Assembly (NCBI GenBank): GCA_963785725.1
Contig: CAWAWS010000022.1
Span: forward strand, 215,442 to 279,441
Direction: 5' to 3'
Length of the DNA stretch: 64,000 nucleotides
Source of the DNA: an uncultured delta proteobacterium
GTDB lineage: Bacteria; Myxococcota_A; Polyangia; Palsa-1104
This document shows positions 13,923 to 23,800 of this stretch, one piece after another (position 1 is the stretch's first letter; each line of letters opens with the position of its first letter). The notes below the pieces were generated by a model, which saw only the letters and a list, made by a program, of their open reading frames with translations, was not told the DNA's origin and did not search any database. Made by a program: the position numbers and the translations under genes.

Positions 13923-14555
13923 ATGCGTCTTTGGTCTATCGCTCTTTTATGTACTCTCGCGGCCTGTGCCACCGGGCCGAATCCGAAGATGGTCGCCGTC
14001 GAGTCGACGACGACCGGACATTGCGCGGCCGACGCTGACTGCGGCCAATCGCAGCTCTGCGTCGACAGCAGCTGCCACGACGTTTTGCCGGTGAGCGCCT
14101 GCGCGGAGATGCCGGTGCACTTTACGACAAACTCCTCGGCCATCGACTCGCAAAATCGCGGCGAGCTGAACAGCCTCGCCGTCTGCTTGCGCGCCAACCG
14201 CGACGTCCGCGTCACCGTCGCGGGAAATGCCGACGAGCGCGGAGCTCCGGCGCACAACGAGGTGCTTGCGAACGAGCGAGCCAAGGTGGTAAGCGACTAT
14301 CTGCAGGCGGCGGGCGTGCCGTCGAAGCAGGTCGCGACCGTCGCGTTCGGCACGAGAGACCCGAAGTGCGAGGCGCACGACGCCAGTTGCTGGAAGCAGA
14401 ATCGGCGCTCCGACATCACCGCCTCCGACACTGCATCGACCACGCTCGACGATTCGGCGCGCAGCAAGACGACGACCGGCGACATCGCCAAGGGGAATCG
14501 GCGCGTCGACGGAACGGGCAACGGATCGGACAACGGCACGTCGGTAGGCAAGTAG
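13923..14555 (+). CDS. OmpA/Pal-domain lipoprotein with Cys-rich linker
   Basis: Lipobox LAAC; VHFTTNSS, GNADERG..HN..LANERA, NRR; GGAGG RBS. Confidence 0.9.
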   Translation: MRLWSIALLCTLAACATGPNPKMVAVESTTTGHCAADADCGQSQLCVDSSCHDVLPVSACAEMPVHFTTNSSAIDSQNRGELNSLAVCLRANRDVRVTVAGNADERGAPAHNEVLANERAKVVSDYLQAAGVPSKQVATVAFGTRDPKCEAHDASCWKQNRRSDITASDTASTTLDDSARSKTTTGDIAKGNRRVDGTGNGSDNGTSVGK

Positions 14556-14916
14556 ACCGGCGCCTTCAGAAACGGCCACACGCCGGCGATTCTCGTCGGT
14601 TGTGCTGGCCTCGCTGCTCTCTTCGTGGGCGCCCGACGGTCACGGGCATTTCGCCACAGCGGCCCGTTATGCCCCACTTTCAGCCGCTAACAGCTCCACG
14701 GGATCTCGCGCTGGGCGTTCGAGGTCAGGTGGCCCACGCCCTCCGCCATGTGTCCGCGGACTTCGCGATTCGAGAAGTACGATCCGACTGCAACGCCCTG
14801 TGCACGCCCGCTCCCGCCGGCGTGCCGAGGCCAGTCGGCTGGTCTTCCCGACGCAAAGTCACGGCATGGAAGATCGCCGATGGCGCGGCCGGCGTCACCG
14901 TCGGAAGCTACACGCG

Positions 14917-16092
14917 CTACGTCGCAGGTTTCGTGGATTCGACCATACCCGTGGCGACCGCATCCATGAGCGCCTCGAAGCTCGCATCATTGAACCGCGA
15001 GCTGCTGGTGAGCCAATCGTGGTGACGTAGCTCGAGACGCGCCTCGGGCGTCTCGTCGTGATAGTGACCGAGCACGTCGAGGTGATCGCCGAGCCCGGCC
15101 CAGACGACAGTGCCCCAAAGCTGTGAGCGGATGGGGACACAGCCGTCGTTGGCATGGAGGTCGGGTGATTCTCCGAGCGCCTGGCTCAGCATCACCTCGG
15201 TTGGCGAGATGTCGGCGGTAGCCGAGTCCGCCGGTCCAAGCGTCGCCAAAGCGCAGGGGTAGCGCGTATCGAGACGTGAGGTGATCCCGTGCAAAGTGGT
15301 AAACAGCGCCAGCGAGAGCGCGTGCCAGGGATGTCCGAGCGTTCGCATCCAGTTACGGCCAGTCGGCGTTGGCGCCATCGATACGGTCGACTGATACCGG
15401 ACGTCGGCTCGGTCTTCGAATCCTGCGACCATCAGATCCATCGCCTCCGGGCTGAGCTGCAGCATCGCGCCCTGATCCTCCTTGATGGCCTTCAGATAGG
15501 CGCGCAGATCGGGACCGCGCGCATCGTCGACCAGCCCCACCAGCGATTCGACCGAGCGATCGAGAACCGACAGCTTGAGCCCCAGCGCGCGATCGCCGCG
15601 ACCGATGATGCCCGCCAGAACGCTCGCGACGGCCAGCGGACGCGCCCCGAGCGAGAGTCCGATGACCGTGAACGCGGACAATGCGTAGAGCACCTGCTGC
15701 CCTTTTGCTGTGGCGAAGAAGCTTGCCAGCGGTGTTCCGTAGTGAGGCGTGTTCATGGTCGTGACGCTGCGCAGTCGCGGGAGCCAGCCATTGGCGGTGG
15801 CCAGGTGCGCCGCAGGCGACGCCACCAGGCGCGCGTCGAGGCCGCCCGTGGAGTGTCCCAATAGATGAATCGGCCCATCTCCCGTCGAGGTGCGCTCGAT
15901 CAACTGGGCCAGTTTCGCCGCTCGTCGTCGCACCGAAGCCGTGGGTAGCACCTCGGAGACGTGGGTTTCCAGCACCAGGCCGCGCTTGTGGAACCGAGCC
16001 TGCAGCGCACGTTCGACGTGCGCAAAATAGTCGTAGGATGCCAGGCGCGTGAACCCGAACATTCCCGGCGATAAATAGATGTGATGTACCAT
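14917..16092 (-). CDS. Alpha/beta hydrolase (lipase family)
   Basis: GHSTGG nucleophile elbow, TPHYGTPLA, NDGCVP, DHLDVLG. Confidence 0.88.
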   Translation of the reverse strand: MVHHIYLSPGMFGFTRLASYDYFAHVERALQARFHKRGLVLETHVSEVLPTASVRRRAAKLAQLIERTSTGDGPIHLLGHSTGGLDARLVASPAAHLATANGWLPRLRSVTTMNTPHYGTPLASFFATAKGQQVLYALSAFTVIGLSLGARPLAVASVLAGIIGRGDRALGLKLSVLDRSVESLVGLVDDARGPDLRAYLKAIKEDQGAMLQLSPEAMDLMVAGFEDRADVRYQSTVSMAPTPTGRNWMRTLGHPWHALSLALFTTLHGITSRLDTRYPCALATLGPADSATADISPTEVMLSQALGESPDLHANDGCVPIRSQLWGTVVWAGLGDHLDVLGHYHDETPEARLELRHHDWLTSSSRFNDASFEALMDAVATGMVESTKPAT

Positions 16093-16289
16093 TTGATAAT
16101 GTCTCGCTATCGGTGAAGACGACCTTCGGGGTCACGCTCGCTGCGAACACCTTCTTCGTGATGTCTTGCATAGTGCCAGCCGTTGCAGTCGCCGTGGTAA
16201 TGACGGAAGTGAGTGCGAGCTCTTGTCATTTGGGATTCCCTTTCGTGATCCTGGAACCGCCGCGTCGATGCATCAGTTGGCCGGCGACG

Positions 16290-16535
16290 CACAATCTGTG
16301 CCGGCCACTGCGGTGCCCTGCCCAAGCGTGATCGGCGCGGGGGCGGTCGATGCTTCGCGTGCCGAGGTCGAGCTCCGCGCAAGTCTTCGACAACCGGGCT
16401 CCGGCGCGCTGGGCTTGGTCGACCAAACCGCGAACATCTCGTTCCCTCGTCTATGCCGTCGTCCTCGTGCTCCCCAGAGAGCCTGCGCTTTCTTTCGCAG
16501 CACCAAGAGCGCTGCAGCCTCCGCACGGTTCATAG
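16290..16535 (-). pseudogene. IS3-family remnant (OrfA end/OrfB start)
   Basis: EAAALLVLRKKAQALWG followed by GARLSKTCAELDLGTRS. Confidence 0.65.
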
Positions 16536-16719
16536 TTTACGGGCGCGTCGCGAGCCCAAACGGCGCCATCGCTAAAGCGGCCCCCGGCGCCGACCACTCT
16601 TCGGCGTCCCGATGGTGCCTCACGGCGTCTGCTCGGAGATGGTCAACGTGTATCGGACCCGGCTCTTTGGACACAAGGTTGAGCTACACGGCGGCGCGGA
16701 CCTCGAAGGTCGAGCCCGG

Positions 16720-17110
16720 CGTCTACTTGACGTACAGCTTTCACATTCGCCCGTGGAACGAAGGGCTCGATGGCTGCGACGAGCTCTTGCGACGCGGCTT
16801 CGAGAACGCCGAACGCATCGGCGACCTGACCTTCGCGGTCTATATTTTGAACGGCGTCGACAGCTTGACGCTGTTCAGAGGCGCGCCGCTCGATGAGACG
16901 AAGCGTGCGTGCGAGCGCGCGCTCGATTACGGGCGCAAAGTCCCTTACGACTTCGTCGGCGCGCTCGTGCAGGCCAAGCTGCAGCTGGTCCGCATGCTGC
17001 ACGGCGATTTGCCGGGGCTCGGTTCACTAACGGGCAACGACTTCGACGAAGCGCAGTTTGCGCGCGATCACGGCTCGGTTCCCGTGATGACGTTGCCGAT
17101 GTCCTGGTAT
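16720..17110 (+). pseudogene. Internal fragment of an AAA-ATPase/Ser-Thr kinase sensor
   Basis: RRGFENAERIGDLTFAVY..LFRGAPL resembles trifunctional kinase linker regions; no start or end. Confidence 0.5.
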
Positions 17111-17209
17111 GCGAAACAGCCTCGCCAAGGTGATCGACCTCGCCGGCATCCGCGCGGCGCTGGCCGCAGCATGAGGTGGTGGGGAAAGTGGTGGGATAGG
17201 CCGGAAATG

Positions 17210-17247
17210 AAAAAGGCCGGTCAGAGGAGGCTCCTCTAATCCGGCCT
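17210..17247 (-). terminator. Terminator downstream of att copy 2
   Basis: Minus strand: AGGCCGG.TTAGAGGA-GCC-TCCTCTGA.CCGGCCT then TTTTT. Confidence 0.75.
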
Positions 17248-17266
17248 GGTTTCAGCTACTTACTCT

Positions 17267-17309
17267 GTGGGGCGTGCAGGATTCGGACCTGCGACTTCCA
17301 CCGTGTGAG
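17267..17309 (-). repeat. att-site copy 2: 3' half of tRNA-Val(CAC)
   Basis: GTGGGGCGTGCAGGATTCGGACCTGCGACTTCCACCGTGTGAG. No D arm or 5' acceptor strand beyond it. Confidence 0.92.
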
Positions 17310-17418
17310 GCGCTTTAGGCGAACGGCAGATCAAGCACTAACAACCTGCTCACCGACGAGAAACGTCAGGTGAGCCGTTGCGGAGCGTTTCCAGCCAGTC
17401 CAGCTCGTTTCGCTCCAA

Positions 17419-17528
17419 GTGGGTCGAAAAGTGGGTCGGCTCCGACCCACCTCCGACCCACCCAGTGGCAGTCAAAGTTCCCGCCCAGAAAGTCGAAAGT
17501 GGGTCGAGATTTTCGCTCGGCGACCCAC
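17419..17528. repeat. Six copies of the 8-mer GTGGGTCG (3 forward, 3 reverse)
   Basis: Forward at 17419, 17431, 17499; reverse (CGACCCAC) at 17443, 17454, 17521. Confidence 0.85.
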
Positions 17529-17553
17529 TCAGGTGGCACTCATCGAAACGCAG

Positions 17554-17730
17554 TCATCGGTCCTTCTTGATGCCCGCCTTCTCCAGCAGCTCGGCGACGA
17601 TGCTGCTCATCTCGCGGTCGTTCTGCGCCGCGTACACCTTCAACGCACGCCACTGCGACGTGTGCAGGTGCAGCGTGACCTTCTTCATCGGGTCGGTCTT
17701 GTCTTTCGGAGTCCTGCCGGTTCGAGGCAC
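17554..17730 (-). CDS. Ribbon-helix-helix (CopG-like) DNA-binding protein
   Basis: KKVTLHL-HTSQWRALKVYAAQ-NDREMSSIVAELL strand-helix-helix pattern. Start uncertain. Confidence 0.6.
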   Translation of the reverse strand: MPRTGRTPKDKTDPMKKVTLHLHTSQWRALKVYAAQNDREMSSIVAELLEKAGIKKDR

Positions 17731-17969
17731 ATAGAGAAGGTACGCCGCCGGACCGCGGCACGTCAAAAACGCTGCCTGTTTCGACATAACGACGTATTGA
17801 CTTATAGGCTTCCGTAAGTCAGAAATTGATCTAGATTTCAGAGGATGAAAAGCGGCCCGCCGGCGTGCGGCAAACACGACGACGGGCCTAACCCCCACGA
17901 TGGAGTGAGCACCATGGGAGCTGCCCGAAAGGTACACGAATCATCTGCCCGGTTCACGTCGCTGCACGT

Positions 17970-18278
17970 ATGCCGAGGATCCCGATGACGCGCCCGTCTG
18001 CCGAGACGCTCCGACGCGTCGATGCGCTGGTCGCGGCGCTTGACCGTGACACGAGCGGCGCCTCATTCGGGCCGCCCGCCACGTCGAGTTACGCGGTCAT
18101 CGTCGTCGCGTGGCTCGCGTTCAAGAAGCTCGTCGACGGCATTGACGTAGCGATCGGTCGCCCGTTTGATGAGGGAGCAGCAGACATCTTCCTCGCTGCC
18201 GATGCGCTGGTGGCCAACGAGGCCCATAGACTTGCGTTCTGGCTGCAGCACGTCGGCGAAGCCCTCAACCGCGCGTAG
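17970..18278 (+). CDS. Hypothetical protein
   Basis: 102-aa ORF with plausible codon use. Confidence 0.4.
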   Translation: MPRIPMTRPSAETLRRVDALVAALDRDTSGASFGPPATSSYAVIVVAWLAFKKLVDGIDVAIGRPFDEGAADIFLAADALVANEAHRLAFWLQHVGEALNRA

Positions 18279-18333
18279 TCGCCTCCACAGCTCGTGCCGC
18301 ATCACGAGAGCCGCCGATGCCGTTGCCATCCCC

Positions 18334-18362
18334 TTGACAGGATATCCTTTTAAACGTATATT
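18334..18362 (+). promoter_or_regulatory. Sigma-70 promoter of the TA operon
   Basis: TTGACA-17 bp-TATATT; palindrome AGGATATCCT overlaps the spacer. Confidence 0.85.
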
Positions 18363-18375
18363 GTAGAGCCTGAAC

Positions 18376-18741
18376 ATGGTCGACGTAGTCACCACCGACG
18401 AATTCGCAAGTTGGTTCGGTGCGCTCGATGAGGTGCACGTGAATCCGGTCATCGTCGCGGTGTCGAAGTTAGAGCAAGCAGGTGTCGCGCTCGGTCATCC
18501 GGCGTCGAGCGCCATCAATGGTGCCTCGTTCGCGCTGCGTGAGTTGCGGATCAAGTCGAGCGGCCACGCGCTTCGCGTTTTCTATGCGTTCGATCCGAAG
18601 CGGGATGCGGTGCTCATACTCGGTGGCGATAAGACGGGCAAGAACAGCGATGACTTCTACACGGCGATGATCAATCAGTCGGAACGGCTCTGGAAGCAGT
18701 ACCTCGCCGAGCAGAAGCGCGGCGAACACGACGAGGAGTAG
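18376..18741 (+). CDS. Type II TA toxin, RelE/HigB (Gp49-like)
   Basis: F..WF..L, LGHP, LRELRI, LRVFYAFDPKRDAVLILGGDK. Confidence 0.9.
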   Translation: MVDVVTTDEFASWFGALDEVHVNPVIVAVSKLEQAGVALGHPASSAINGASFALRELRIKSSGHALRVFYAFDPKRDAVLILGGDKTGKNSDDFYTAMINQSERLWKQYLAEQKRGEHDEE

Positions 18742-18745
18742 AACC

Positions 18746-19054
18746 ATGAAGCTGCACAAATGGGACGATGTTGCGCGCTCGCGTGTCGGAGCCGAGAAGC
18801 TGAGCGAGCTCAAGGCGCAAGCTCGCGCCGAGGTCGCGCTGGAAATGAATCTCCCCGAATTGCGCAAGGCTCTTGGGAAGACTCAGCTCGAAGTCGCCGA
18901 CGCTGCCGAGATGGTGCAGGCGAAAGTGAGTGAGTTCGAGCGCCGCGACGATCACGTGCTGAGCGTCCTCCGTCGGTACGTCGAAGCACTCGGCGGTGAG
19001 CTAGAGGTCAATGCAGTTTTCGATAACAAGCGTATCCGACTAAAGGGCGTCTGA
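18746..19054 (+). CDS. HigA-like XRE HTH antitoxin
   Basis: LPELRKALGKTQLEVA..VSEFERR..LRRYVEALGGELEV; lies downstream of the toxin. Confidence 0.9.
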   Translation: MKLHKWDDVARSRVGAEKLSELKAQARAEVALEMNLPELRKALGKTQLEVADAAEMVQAKVSEFERRDDHVLSVLRRYVEALGGELEVNAVFDNKRIRLKGV

Positions 19055-19359
19055 TCCAGAACTCGTGACGCGCAGGGCCGCGGCAGATTCGAGCCAAAGT
19101 CATCAAGCTCGGCTTCGCAACCAGCGTTGCTTATTTCGCTAATTTGCTCGCCAGCAGCAAGGCGTCGCGCGACCATCAAGTAGATGGCGACGCCGGCGAG
19201 TAGACCACGGACTGTTCGAATGCACTTCGCGCGCAGGAATGCTCGGACCTCGTCGATACCGCGGCGGACGGTGTGGTCGGCTACCAGTGCTGTCCACGAT
19301 GGCGACGGCGCTGTTGGCTGATCTCGTCGACTGCGATCAGAAGGGCATTCTCTCGGGGC

Positions 19360-19615
19360 GGATGTTCTTCTACTGCAAGCCCAAGCTACTTATCATCGAC
19401 GAGCCGCTTGAGCGCCAAGCGGCGCACTTATTCTTTCAGCTCATCAGCCGTCGCTACGAGAAGGGCTCGATGCTGATCACGACAAACCAGAGCGTAACGC
19501 AGTGGGGCACCGTCTTCGGCGACGACGTCATCGCCGCCGCGATCCTCGACCGCCTGCTCGACCACAGCCACACTTTCATGGTTCAAGGAGAGAGCTACAG
19601 ACCTTCGGCAAAAGC
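19360..19615 (+). pseudogene. istB: IS21 helper ATPase fragment
   Basis: KPKLLIIDE, LFFQLISRRYEKGSMLITTN, AAAILDRLL, GESYR. Confidence 0.85.
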
Positions 19616-19685
19616 GCAAGGCTGGGTTACGCCTCCATGCAACGCCGCAAGTGGAAACGTAGCCATGCCCAGCAGCATGTCGCAG

Positions 19686-19828
19686 CTACAGCATCTGGCC
19701 GACGTAGATGTCATTCCCGTCTGGATCGCGCACGGTCGCTCCCCACATGTTGCCGTCGTTATTGAGCGAAGCGGCGAGCGACTGCCCTGTCGCAACGATC
19801 GCCGCGACGAACTCGTCGATGCGACCTC
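19686..19828 (-). pseudogene. C-terminal fragment of a VOC/glyoxalase protein
   Basis: Minus strand reads ..NMWGATVRDPDGNDIYVGQML*. Confidence 0.5.
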
Positions 19829-19837
19829 GGTACCGGT

Positions 19838-20452
19838 TTGGTGCTGGCTTGTGCCGTCACGCCCGCCAATCGGCCCGAGGACGAGGTTGGCGCCGCGCTC
19901 GCGGCCGACCTCTCACGACTCGACCATTCGCCCGATGAGCTGCAGATCGATCGCGCCTATATCCACAGCGAGCTAACGATGAATGTCCTGGCGCGTGACG
20001 GCGCCGTCATTTGCAAGCCATGGAGCGGCAACAATGGCAGGACGGGCTTGTTCGGCAAGCGCGACTTCCAGATCGACGTCCGCGCCAACACCATCACTTG
20101 TCCCGCTGGCCAGACCGAAACCTTCGTGCCGGGCGAGACTGTGCAGTTTGATCCCGAGGTCTGCGGCGCCTGCCATGTACGCGCACAATGCACTCGCGCC
20201 GCCGCCGGGACAGGCCGGTCGGTGCAAATGAACGCCGACGAGGCCCTGCAGAAACGATTGCGTCGCTTCCAGAGCACCCGTTCAGGCCGCGAGCGTCTTC
20301 GCCAGCGCGTTGGCGTCGAGCATTCCCTGGCCCACATCAGCAACCGGCAAGGCCCGCGCGCTCGCTATCGGGGCCTGCGCAAGAACGCTTTCGACCTACG
20401 CCGCCTCGCCGCCATCCAGAACCTCGAAACCGTCGCTCGTACCGCCGCGTGA
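19838..20452 (+). pseudogene. IS1182-like transposase C-terminal fragment
   Basis: IDRAY, ITCPAG, CGACHVRAQCT, RVGVEHSLAH, RYRGLRKN; N-terminus missing. Confidence 0.8.
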
Positions 20453-20476
20453 GCGTGCGCTAACATGTTCGGCGCT

Positions 20477-21829
20477 CTAGCGGCTGCTCAAAGCTTCGCA
20501 GCGGATGGCATTCACAAAGGTTGGGCAGGCGGACCATGAAGGTGCGGCGGCTTCCGCTTCCGCTTTCGCTTTCGTCTTCGCCGGCGTCTTCGCTTTCGCC
20601 TTCGCCTTTGTGCGCGGTTTTGCCGCGGGCTTCTTCTTGCCCTTGCCCGACGTGACCTCGAGTGCCGCGAGCGTGTAGAGGTAGCCGAAGGTGGCCTCGT
20701 TGCCGAAGTAGCCGGTATCCGAGAGCATCCCCTCGTACACGATGGTCGCAGCGGCGCGTTTGCGGATCACCCAGTGCTCCCGGCGCACTCCATCGAGCAC
20801 GTACTCGCCGAGCGTGCTCACCTCGCTGAGCTCTTCAATCCATTCACCCTCGACCTCCTGAGTGAAGCTGACCGCCTGCCGTAGGCCCGCGATGACGTCG
20901 GCGGGGATCGCGCGGGAAAGGCGTGTGAGATCCCATTTGATGTCGGGAAAGCGCGCGCTGCGATCTTCGTCCACGACCATGCAGGCGCGCACCGCGACCG
21001 CCAATCCGGCCTCGCGCAGCGTCTCGGCGATCTCTCGGTCGGCGCCGCGCAAGGTCTCGATCGGCTGTGGTTGGGCCCCGTCGGTGATCACCTGGCGCGT
21101 GCACGCAATGAGAAGCGGTTCGCCCTTGGCCAGCACGAGCTTGCTCGTCGCCGCGCGAAGCTTGGCCAGCCGCTTGTCGCGCGTGGCGTCGACGCGTGGG
21201 CGGTCGGAGCACGCGAGCGAGTAGACGAGCGTGACTCGCGCGCCCCCGCTGACCGGCTTGACGGCGTGGTCGACATCGCTGAACAGGGCCACCCACGGCA
21301 CCTCGTGAGGATCGGGCGTGCCGCTCCAGTCGATCACCTTGGTGCGTCCGGCATCGGCAATCTCGAACTGCCCCCCTTGGTGAGCGATTGGCAGTCCTAC
21401 CACCAGAGTCCCGACGAGGTTCGCGGTCCGCGGCGTGTCCTTGTGGCGCGCGAACAGTCCGCCTTCTGGATAAAGGATCACGTCCTCGAGCGTGGCGTCG
21501 AGATGCATGCGCGGCGACAGCGCCGCCTCGATGGCACCGAGCACCCGCGCCGGGTCGAAGCCTGTAACCTCTGCCCGGCCACGGGCCGCCAGGCGCTTGG
21601 CGTGGCGCACGTTCTTGTCGAGCTTGGTTTTGCCGCCCTCGCCGAACGGCGCCTCCTCTGCGTGCGCCACCAGCCAGTCGACGAAGCCGCGCTCGGAGAC
21701 AACGCCGACGTCTCCGTCCGGTAGCCGGATCGCGAGGGCGCTATTTAGGCGACAGGCGCCCTTGCAAAAGATCGGGTCGGCCAGCTCCTCCAGTGCGGAC
21801 AATAGCGCGTCGGTGGTCATTGCCGCCAA
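20477..21829 (-). CDS. 2OG-Fe(II) oxygenase family protein with Lys/Ala-rich tail
   Basis: LYPEGGLFARHKD (HxD); DVDHAVKPVSGGARVTLVY (distal H, R). Confidence 0.8.
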   Translation of the reverse strand: MAAMTTDALLSALEELADPIFCKGACRLNSALAIRLPDGDVGVVSERGFVDWLVAHAEEAPFGEGGKTKLDKNVRHAKRLAARGRAEVTGFDPARVLGAIEAALSPRMHLDATLEDVILYPEGGLFARHKDTPRTANLVGTLVVGLPIAHQGGQFEIADAGRTKVIDWSGTPDPHEVPWVALFSDVDHAVKPVSGGARVTLVYSLACSDRPRVDATRDKRLAKLRAATSKLVLAKGEPLLIACTRQVITDGAQPQPIETLRGADREIAETLREAGLAVAVRACMVVDEDRSARFPDIKWDLTRLSRAIPADVIAGLRQAVSFTQEVEGEWIEELSEVSTLGEYVLDGVRREHWVIRKRAAATIVYEGMLSDTGYFGNEATFGYLYTLAALEVTSGKGKKKPAAKPRTKAKAKAKTPAKTKAKAEAEAAAPSWSACPTFVNAIRCEALSSR

Positions 21830-22239
21830 GTGTGTACCGAGCGCAGTGATCCTGTCGACAGCGTCGGTGACGCGGATTCAAGAGCAGCCTGAGGGAGGCA
21901 ACCGCCGCCCCACCGGCGGATCGGTTCGATAGAGCGGGATCCTGCCGCCGACAAAGGAAGGGGTTCGGACCGAAAATGTGACTAAACCCCAAAGGTCTTT
22001 TGCCGCCCGGCCTTGCGCGTCGTTTGGCCAAAATGCACGCCTTCGTGGTCACTGGGCCGATCAGCCGTTTCCCGTTCGACAAGCCGCGTCTCGTCGGACG
22101 GAGACTTTCATCCTTCAATGTTGCCTGCTCGCCCGTACAGTGATCAACTAGGATTCAAAAGCTTGGCGGTCGTTGCAGGCGCTCTGGCACACGACTCCTG
22201 GTGCTCTGGGCTCTGGAACCGGATTTAGTGTCGTGCTCG

Positions 22240-22317
22240 TGCACAAATATCAAATTTTATTTAAGTATTGTGCAGTATCTGTTGCACGAAACTAAAATCT
22301 GGTTTACCTTTTGTGCA
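22240..22317 (+). promoter_or_regulatory. abiE promoter with two 35-bp inverted-repeat operators
   Basis: TGCACAA..TTGTGCA (22240-22274) and TGCACGA..TTGTGCA (22283-22317); TTGCAC-17-TACCTT. Confidence 0.8.
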
Positions 22318-22901
22318 TGGATTCGGGTCGAACCGCCCGTCCGGACTGGAACCGCCTGTTCGAGACCGCGGCAGGCCAGGAGGGGCTGTTCACGACACAA
22401 CAAGCGGCAGAGGCTGGCTACTCGCCGCAGCTACTCACCCACTACGTTCACGCTCGGAAGGCCATCCGGATTTGGCGGAGCATCTACCGGCTTGTGCACT
22501 TCCCGCCAGGGGAACACGAGGAGCTCGTTGCCGCCTGGCTCTGGTCCGAGTCGGCAGGCGTTGTCTCGCATCAGAGTGCCCTCTCGCTCCACAGACTGTC
22601 TGATGCGCTTCCCGCGCACATCCATATCACGCTGCCGGCCGCATGGCGGCGGCGCCGCTTTCGCGTTCCGCCCGACATCGTTCTTCACCACGCTGACGTG
22701 CCACCGGAAGATCGTTCCTGGTTCGGTGCCGTGCCGACGACCAACCCGCGGCGCACGCTGAACGACTGCGCAAAGGACGGGTTCTCCCCCGAACTTCTTC
22801 GGCAAGCCGTCCAGCAGGCGCTCCGTCGCGGGCTAGTTACAAAGACCGAGCTCGCAGACGTCTACGCCGCGCTCGCACCTTTCGGAGGGCTCGCTGCATG
22901 A
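22317..22901 (+). CDS. abiEi: Type IV TA antitoxin, AbiEi family
   Basis: AAGQEGLFTTQQAAEAGYS, VVSHQSAL, VPTTNPRRTL.D; ATGA overlap with the toxin. Confidence 0.9.
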   Translation: MDSGRTARPDWNRLFETAAGQEGLFTTQQAAEAGYSPQLLTHYVHARKAIRIWRSIYRLVHFPPGEHEELVAAWLWSESAGVVSHQSALSLHRLSDALPAHIHITLPAAWRRRRFRVPPDIVLHHADVPPEDRSWFGAVPTTNPRRTLNDCAKDGFSPELLRQAVQQALRRGLVTKTELADVYAALAPFGGLAA

Positions 22902-23800
22902 TGCCCCGCACGTACCCCTCTCCTCAGGCATTCAAGCAGGCGCTCGAACAACGCCTCCGCGACGCCTCCCAAAGCGGTGCCGAGTTTGTTCGTAAGCGGC
23001 AGCTCCTCGTGTTCGATCGCTTTCTCGCGCGCATCGTCGCGGTGCTTGGAGATACGGCGACATTGAAGGGGGGGCTCGTCCTCGAGCTGCGCCTCGAACG
23101 GGCGCGCACCACCAAAGACGTGGATCTACGCATCGTCGGCTCGCCAGACGACTTACTCTCGAAGCTTCAAGAAGCGGGACGGCTCGACCTCCGCGACTTC
23201 ATAATCTTCGAGGTCGTGCCTGACGACGATCACCCCGAGATCCAGAACGACGGGATGCAGTACGAGGGGCTCCGCTTCCGCGCCGAGTGCAGGCTCGCAG
23301 GCAAGCTTTACGGGCAGTCTTTCGGCGTGGACGTGGCCTTCGGTGATCCAATCCTTGGCGAGCCCGACGTCATGGTTGCAGAGGACGTTCTTGCCTTCGC
23401 CGGCATCCAACCACCGACGCTACGGCTCTACCCTATCGAAACCCACGTTGCGGAGAAGTTCCACGCGTACACAATGCCTCGATCGCGGCCGAATTCGCGC
23501 GTGAAGGATCTGCCGGACCTGGCACTGCTCGCGACCGCGCGGTCTTTCGACGCCACACGCCTGCGGGCCGCACTCGAACAAACCTTCACGTTTCGCAGGA
23601 CGCATGCGCTACCCGCAGCCGTGCCCACGCCGCTCGAAGCATGGACAACGCCCTACGCAGCGATGGCCCGCCAGGACCAACTTCACTGGCCGACCCTCGA
23701 CGCCGTCACGACGGCGACGCGGGCGTTCCTTGACCCCGTGCTGGTCGGCGATCTCGACGTCACATGGGATCCATCAACATGGAAGTGGAGCACGAGATGA
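22898..23800 (+). CDS. abiEii: Type IV TA nucleotidyltransferase toxin, AbiEii/AbiGii family
   Basis: LKGG, RTTKDVD, AEKFHA, RVKDLPD. Confidence 0.92.
   Translation: MMPRTYPSPQAFKQALEQRLRDASQSGAEFVRKRQLLVFDRFLARIVAVLGDTATLKGGLVLELRLERARTTKDVDLRIVGSPDDLLSKLQEAGRLDLRDFIIFEVVPDDDHPEIQNDGMQYEGLRFRAECRLAGKLYGQSFGVDVAFGDPILGEPDVMVAEDVLAFAGIQPPTLRLYPIETHVAEKFHAYTMPRSRPNSRVKDLPDLALLATARSFDATRLRAALEQTFTFRRTHALPAAVPTPLEAWTTPYAAMARQDQLHWPTLDAVTTATRAFLDPVLVGDLDVTWDPSTWKWSTR

Noticed and set aside
10599..14555. 1318-aa ORF
   Set aside because: Arg-rich shadow frame of tamB; only the last 210 aa (OmpA lipoprotein) look real.
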